Source of the DNA: Candidatus Krumholzibacteriota bacterium
Lineage (GTDB): Bacteria > Krumholzibacteriota > Krumholzibacteriia > JAJRXK01
Assembly: GCA_963764625.1 (NCBI GenBank)
Contig: CAVXTH010000009.1
Coordinates: 288,001-352,000 of the forward strand
DNA length: 64,000 bases
Direction of reading: 5' to 3'
The notes under the pieces are model-generated. The model was not told the DNA's origin, searched no databases, and saw only the letters and a program-made list of their open reading frames with translations. The position numbers and the translations under genes were made by a program. This document shows positions 58,940 to 64,000 of this stretch, one piece after another (positions within the stretch are counted from its first letter, which is position 1; each line of letters begins with the position of its first letter).

Positions 58940-59359
58940 TCAGCTCTCGACGATCTCGAAACTGGTGCTCACACTCGCGGGCCGGGCGACGGTCTGACTC
59001 ACCACGCAGTATTTCTCCCCGGACAGTTCGATGGCTTTTTTCAGACGCTTCTCGCTGATTCCCTTGCCCTTGGCGACGAAGTGGATGCGAACCGTGTGGA
59101 ATGGTTTGGGATAGTCTTCGTTCTGCTCGGCCTTCACCGTGATCTTCAAACTGTCCAGGGGCTGACGCGCCTTCCTCATGATGCGCACCACGTCGACACC
59201 GGTGCATGAAGCGATTCCGAAGAGGAGCAATTCGGTGGGCTTGGGGCCACTCTCGTCTCCGCCCACTCGGCGCGCAGTATCCGTGCGGACGGTATGACCG
59301 AAGACACTGGTTCCTTCGAAGGCGTCTCCGTTGGCCCAGTTCATGGTGATTTCTTCCAA
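58940..59359 (-). CDS. OsmC/YhfA family protein
   Basis: GPKPTELLL..ASCTGVDV, ELSGEKYCVV; TTG start after GGGAGG. Confidence 0.88.
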   Translation of the reverse strand: MEEITMNWANGDAFEGTSVFGHTVRTDTARRVGGDESGPKPTELLLFGIASCTGVDVVRIMRKARQPLDSLKITVKAEQNEDYPKPFHTVRIHFVAKGKGISEKRLKKAIELSGEKYCVVSQTVARPASVSTSFEIVES

Positions 59360-59642
59360 GACCCACCTCCCTCTCTTGCCATCCTGCCAAGCAGAGAATA
59401 CGAAGGGGAGAGTAAGCCAATTCCGGTGATCTTCCCATCCCCTTTCCGATGAATGCGGCCGCGATTCGTGAGTGTTGCGCGGGTGCTCGGCCGATGCGCG
59501 AAGATCTGCTCGCACGCGAGACGCCTCTCGGGGTAGAATGCCCACCTTGCGCATTGGTCGGTTTGACCTTAGTCGTCCAGACTCGATCTTCTAGAGCGCA
59601 AGTCCGCGACCTTCAGCAGTACTCGGATCAGGGAGTGAAGCC

Positions 59643-60305
59643 ATGAAGACCCTCAGATACACGCTGATTCTCGCTCTCCTCCTGAGCGCGTTAGGCTGTG
59701 CGAGCATGAGCCGCACCCAGAAGGGCGCCGCGGTGGGCACGGCGTCGGGCGCTGCGGTCGGAGCGATCGTGGGCCACGCCGCGGGAAACACCCTCTTGGG
59801 CGCTATCATCGGTGGAGCAGTGGGGGGAGCCGCGGGCACCTACATTGGCCACTACATGGACAAGCAGGCGGAAGAGTTGCAGCGAGACTTGAAGGGAGCG
59901 AAAATCGAGCGCGTGGGTGAGGGAATCAAGATCACCTTTGCTTCGGGCATCCTCTTCGACACCGACAAGGCGGAACTCAGACCAGTGGCCAAGGACAATC
60001 TGAGCGAGCTGGCGACGATCCTGAACAAATACTCTGACACCAACATTCTGGTGGAAGGCCACACCGATGCGACCGGAACCGAAGAGCACAACCTGAACCT
60101 CTCGGTCGCGCGCGCGCAAGCCACAGCCAACTATGTGACCGGGCTTCAGGTCGATCCGACCCGGTTCACGATCATGGGCTACGGAGAGTCCCAGCCGATC
60201 GCGGACAACAACACGGTCGAGGGCCGGCAGGCGAACCGCCGGGTAGAGATCGCGATCATGGCGAACGACAAGCTCAAGAAGGCGGCCAAGGAAGGCCAGG
60301 GCTAA
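59643..60305 (+). CDS. OmpA-family lipoprotein with glycine zipper (YiaD-like)
   Basis: Lipobox ALGC; Gly zipper; LFDTDK, EGHTD, NLNLS..RA, GYGE, NRRVEI. Confidence 0.93.
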   Translation: MKTLRYTLILALLLSALGCASMSRTQKGAAVGTASGAAVGAIVGHAAGNTLLGAIIGGAVGGAAGTYIGHYMDKQAEELQRDLKGAKIERVGEGIKITFASGILFDTDKAELRPVAKDNLSELATILNKYSDTNILVEGHTDATGTEEHNLNLSVARAQATANYVTGLQVDPTRFTIMGYGESQPIADNNTVEGRQANRRVEIAIMANDKLKKAAKEGQG

Positions 60306-60357
60306 GCGCCCGGGGCTGCTGCCCGGTCCCGATTCCCAAGTCCAGCTGAGGACGGCG

Positions 60358-62319
60358 ATGGCGAAGGAGCACTCGGAGAAATCCAAGGCCGAGGAGGCGA
60401 AGAAGGCCTCAGAGGAAGCGGGTGAGTCCGCCGAGACCGGCTCCGAAGCGCCCATGTCGAGCCCGCGACTATGGGTCTTGGCTCTGATGGCCCTGGGCGT
60501 GGTGTTCGGAGACATCGGGACGAGCCCGCTCTACGCGATCCGCGTCTGCTTCAAAGGTGAATACGGAGTGCCCGTGAGCGGTGAGAATGTGCTCGGGGTA
60601 CTCTCCCTGATTTTCTGGTCGCTCATCTGGGTGATCTCGGTCAAGTACCTGGTGTTCATCATGCGCGCCGACAATGACGGGGAGGGCGGGATCATCGCCC
60701 TCATCGCCATCCTGTTGCCCAAGGGGAACGAGAAGAGAAGGACCCACTGGCTTCTGGTGTTTCTGGGTCTCTTCGGCGGCGCGCTGCTGTTCGGGGACGG
60801 CATGATCACGCCGGCCATCTCGGTGCTCAGCGCGGTGGAGGGGCTGGAAATCGCGGCGCCGGTGTTCTCCTCCTACGTGGTACCCACCACCATCGTGCTC
60901 TTGGCCGGTCTCTTTCTCTTGCAACGAAAGGGGACCGCGAGCGTGGGGTCGCTCTTTGGTCCGGTGGTCCTGCTCTGGTTTTTCGTGCTCATCGTGCTCG
61001 GACTGCACGGGATTTCTCGGGCCCCGCAGGTCCTGACCAGTTTGAATCCTCTCCACGCGGTTCACTTCTTCGTGGCGAACAGGGTTCGAGGTCTGCTCAC
61101 CCTCGGCGTCGTCTTCTTGGTCGTGACGGGAGGTGAGGCTCTCTACGCGGACATGGGGCACTTCGGGAGGCGTCCCATCCGACTTGCCTGGTTCGTCCTC
61201 GTTCTGCCCGGCCTGCTCATCAACTATCTCGGTCAGGGCGGACTCCTCCTCGCCAACCCACAGGCGGTGCGCAGTCCGTTCTTTTTGCTGGCCCCCTCTT
61301 GGGCCCTGGTTCCCCTGGTGATTCTTTCGACGGCCGCAACCATCATCGCGTCTCAGGCCGTCATCTCCGGCTCGTTTTCGATGGCGGGGCAGCTGGTGCA
61401 CCTCGGCTTCAGTCCCCGGGTGGAGATTCGTCACACCTCCGAGGAAGAGGCCGGTCAGATCTACGTACCGTCGGTGAACTGGATGCTGATGCTGGCTACC
61501 ATCGGTCTCGTGTTGGGCTTCGGATCTTCGGACAACCTGGCCGCGGCCTACGGAGTGGCGGTGACCACCACCATGGTGATCACCTCGATCATCTTCTACT
61601 TCGTGTGTCGAGAGAAGTGGCATTGGCCTCTTTGGAGTTCCCTGCTCCTTACGGGATCGTTCCTGGTGGCGGACCTGGCATTCTTCGGGGCCAACATCAT
61701 CAAGGTCGAACACGGGGGTTGGTTCCCGTTGTTGGTCGGAGCGATCATCTTCACCACCATGTCCACCTGGAAACGCGGGCGCGAGATCTTGGCCACCCGC
61801 TTGAGCGAAGGGGTGAATCCACTCGAGGACTTCCTGAAACAGATCAAGAAGGATCCTCCGCAACGGGTACCGGGAACCGCGGTCTTCATGACGAGCCAGC
61901 CGCAGATCGCCCCCCATGCCCTGATGCACAACCTCGAGCACAACCACGTGTTGCACGAGCGGGTGATTTTGCTCACCATTCGGATCGAGGACACGCCGAA
62001 GGTGCCCGCCACAGGAAGGCTTGATCTGGAGGAGCTTGGCAACGGGATCTACCAGGTGATCGGGCACTACGGGTTCATGGACACGGTCAACGTTCCCCGC
62101 CTGCTCACCACGGCCAAAGGGCGCGGTTTCGACTATGCTCTGGCCGAGACGACCTTCTTCTTGGGCCGGGAAACCCTCGTGCCCTCAAAGAGGCGCGGTA
62201 TGGCGCTCTGGCGGGAGTGGATCTTCACCCTCATGTCCCGCAACGCGCAAACCGCGGCTTCGTATTTCAAAATCCCGGCGGGCCGGGTTCTGGAAATCGG
62301 AGTCGAGGTCCAGCTCTGA
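60358..62319 (+). CDS. kup: Potassium uptake permease Kup
   Basis: GVVFGDIGTSPLY, ADNDGEGG, ITPAISVLSAVEG, EALYADMGHFG, GQIYVP. Confidence 0.96.
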   Translation: MAKEHSEKSKAEEAKKASEEAGESAETGSEAPMSSPRLWVLALMALGVVFGDIGTSPLYAIRVCFKGEYGVPVSGENVLGVLSLIFWSLIWVISVKYLVFIMRADNDGEGGIIALIAILLPKGNEKRRTHWLLVFLGLFGGALLFGDGMITPAISVLSAVEGLEIAAPVFSSYVVPTTIVLLAGLFLLQRKGTASVGSLFGPVVLLWFFVLIVLGLHGISRAPQVLTSLNPLHAVHFFVANRVRGLLTLGVVFLVVTGGEALYADMGHFGRRPIRLAWFVLVLPGLLINYLGQGGLLLANPQAVRSPFFLLAPSWALVPLVILSTAATIIASQAVISGSFSMAGQLVHLGFSPRVEIRHTSEEEAGQIYVPSVNWMLMLATIGLVLGFGSSDNLAAAYGVAVTTTMVITSIIFYFVCREKWHWPLWSSLLLTGSFLVADLAFFGANIIKVEHGGWFPLLVGAIIFTTMSTWKRGREILATRLSEGVNPLEDFLKQIKKDPPQRVPGTAVFMTSQPQIAPHALMHNLEHNHVLHERVILLTIRIEDTPKVPATGRLDLEELGNGIYQVIGHYGFMDTVNVPRLLTTAKGRGFDYALAETTFFLGRETLVPSKRRGMALWREWIFTLMSRNAQTAASYFKIPAGRVLEIGVEVQL

Positions 62320-62373
62320 GCGAGTCGAACGTTCAACTCAACTCGTCATTTTCCAAGGCGGTGCAGCGTACTC

Positions 62374-63549
62374 ATGCAGACCCTCTCATTGGATGAACTG
62401 GTCGTCATCGAAGACCTCCTGAGCGACGAAGAGCGTCTCGTTCGCGAGTCGATCCGGCGTTTCGTCGGGGAGAGCTACTCGCCACGCGCCGCCGAACTGT
62501 ACGAAAAGGCGGAATTCCCCATGGATCTGATCCCGGCCATGGGGGAGTTGGGGCTCTTGGGCACGAACCTCAGCGGCTACGGCTGCGCGGGTCTGAACAA
62601 CGTGGCCTACGGCCTGGCCATGCAGGAGTTGGAATACGGCGACAGTGGGCTGCGGAGCTTCGCGTCGGTGCAAGGCTCTCTCTGCATGTATCCCATTCAT
62701 CGCTTCGGTTCAGAGAAACAGAAGGAAAAGTATCTGCCCAAGATGGCGAGCGGGGAACTCGTGGGTTGCTTCGGGCTCACCGAGCCGAACGCGGGCAGCG
62801 ATCCGGGAGCCATGACCACGCACGCGGTGAGCGATGGCAATTCCTATGTTCTCAGCGGAAACAAGATGTGGATCACCAACTCTCCCATCGCCGACCTCGC
62901 CATCGTATGGGCGAAACTCGACGGCGACGATTCGGCGAACATCCGCGGGTTCGTGGTCGAGGCCGGCTCCAAGGGCTATTCCGCTCCCGAGCAGCACCAC
63001 AAGATGTCGCTTCGGGCCTCTCGCACCGGGGAAATCGTCCTGGAGGAGGTGCGTGTGCCCAAGGATGCGCTCTTGCCCAAGTCGAAGGGACTGGGGAGTC
63101 CGTTGAGCTGTCTCAATCAGGCCCGCTTCGGAATCGCCTTCGGAGCGGTAGGCGCGGCGCGCGCCTGCTTCGACGAGGCACTGGAGTATGCCCTGCAGCG
63201 AAAGGCATTCGGGGGGCCCATCGCGGAGAAGCAGCTCATTCAGCAACAACTGGTGGATACGGCGGAGAACATCGCGCTGAGCCAGTTGGCGGTCATCCAC
63301 TACGCGAGGATCAAGGATGAGGGAAAGCTGGTTCCGGCCATGGTCTCGCTCGTGAAGCGCAACTGCGTGCGCATGGCGCTGCAGGCGGCTCGCACCTGCC
63401 GGTCCATTCTGGGGGCGAACGGGATCACTCTCGATTACGCTTCCATCCGCCACGCGATGAACCTGGAGTCTGTTTATACTTACGAGGGAACTCACGAAGT
63501 CCACACCCTCATTCTGGGCAGAGGGCTCACGGGAAGGGACGCCTTCTAG
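62374..63549 (+). CDS. gcdH: Glutaryl-CoA dehydrogenase-like acyl-CoA dehydrogenase
   Basis: DSGLRSFASVQGSL, GCFGLTEPNAGSDP, KMWITN, CLNQARFGI, YTYEGTHEVH. Confidence 0.85.
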   Translation: MQTLSLDELVVIEDLLSDEERLVRESIRRFVGESYSPRAAELYEKAEFPMDLIPAMGELGLLGTNLSGYGCAGLNNVAYGLAMQELEYGDSGLRSFASVQGSLCMYPIHRFGSEKQKEKYLPKMASGELVGCFGLTEPNAGSDPGAMTTHAVSDGNSYVLSGNKMWITNSPIADLAIVWAKLDGDDSANIRGFVVEAGSKGYSAPEQHHKMSLRASRTGEIVLEEVRVPKDALLPKSKGLGSPLSCLNQARFGIAFGAVGAARACFDEALEYALQRKAFGGPIAEKQLIQQQLVDTAENIALSQLAVIHYARIKDEGKLVPAMVSLVKRNCVRMALQAARTCRSILGANGITLDYASIRHAMNLESVYTYEGTHEVHTLILGRGLTGRDAF

Positions 63550-64000
63550 ATGTTGCGGTCGAGAGCATTCTCATTGCTTTTCACCATCGCCCTCCTCGTT
63601 TCCAAGAGTACTTACGCTCAGGTCGCCGCCGGCGACTCTACTTTCATCCCCGTTCTCACCGATTCGACACACATCGCAACCCAGGCGGGCGAAGCTACCG
63701 TCTCCTCGAGTCATGCCTCCGCGGATTCCAGCATCGTAGTTCCCGACTGGCGTGGCGGACACGTCCTGCTTCCCGTACGCGAAGTGCGCGGCTCGATCAT
63801 CCGCCCACGCAATCAATCGGAGCGGGAGGAACTCAGCGAGACCCAGCTTCAGGCGCGCGATCCGCTCACGCTGGCTGATTTCGTGCCTCTGGTGCCGGAC
63901 GCGCGCGCTTCGACCAATTCGCGCGGGGAGACAGTGTTGATGCTCCGCGGGGCTCCCGAGCGGCAAATCGTGATCGAGCAGGACGGCATTCCGCTCACTC
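63550..64000 (+). CDS. TonB-dependent receptor, N-terminal plug (partial)
   Basis: Not in the ORF track because the frame stays open to the window end. MLRSRAFSLL..STYA signal; plug motif TNSRGETVLMLRGAPERQIVIEQDGIPL. Confidence 0.8.
   Translation, partial: MLRSRAFSLLFTIALLVSKSTYAQVAAGDSTFIPVLTDSTHIATQAGEATVSSSHASADSSIVVPDWRGGHVLLPVREVRGSIIRPRNQSEREELSETQLQARDPLTLADFVPLVPDARASTNSRGETVLMLRGAPERQIVIEQDGIPLT

Noticed and set aside
59720-59840. Low-complexity GC repeat
   Set aside because: It is the glycine-zipper coding region of the OmpA lipoprotein, not a DNA repeat element.
1-64000. CRISPR array, IS/integrase/prophage, tRNA/rRNA or defence-system genes
   Set aside because: No spaced direct repeats, recombinase/transposase motifs or structural RNA signatures seen by eye. 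A small ncRNA in 16200-16570 or 18300-18530 cannot be excluded without a covariance-model search.

Overview
GC-rich, gene-dense bacterial chromosomal window. I found no rRNA, tRNA, CRISPR array or mobile element. Several features suggest a non-Bacteroidota FCB-group diderm such as Krumholzibacteriota, Eisenbacteria or Latescibacterota (inference): secreted proteins ending in 'PNPF..' FlgD-Ig/T9SS-CTD-like domains, a protein ending in 'SWGRVKSRY', a PorV-like barrel and two Hanks-type kinases. Two envelope operons stand out. (1) 1-9359, minus strand: ApbE flavin transferase, a CX4CH cytochrome lipoprotein, an OM beta-barrel, a hydrazine-synthase-alpha-like diheme propeller lipoprotein, TlpA, DUF4266, DUF3570, an NHL/CTD protein, a lipoprotein and another barrel. 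This is a probable extracytoplasmic flavin/heme/thiol redox system. (2) 18656-29684, plus strand: a large Ig-repeat protein with a CTD, a PorV-like barrel fused to an Ig domain, a ~1050-aa TPR protein, ExbB, two ExbD, TonB and an Ig/OmpA-like protein, with no TonB-dependent receptor. This is a candidate pmf-driven, T9SS/Agl-Glt-like surface export or display machine. The rest is mostly housekeeping: a LonC-type protease, CtaA, YciO, zinc-less Fpg, a CydA-like/cytochrome c pair facing a hemerythrin gene, Pho-box-OprP-PhoU, MscL, Kup and GcdH. Three genes carry single-base frameshifts that look like long-read errors. All calls come from reading motifs by eye; no searches were run.
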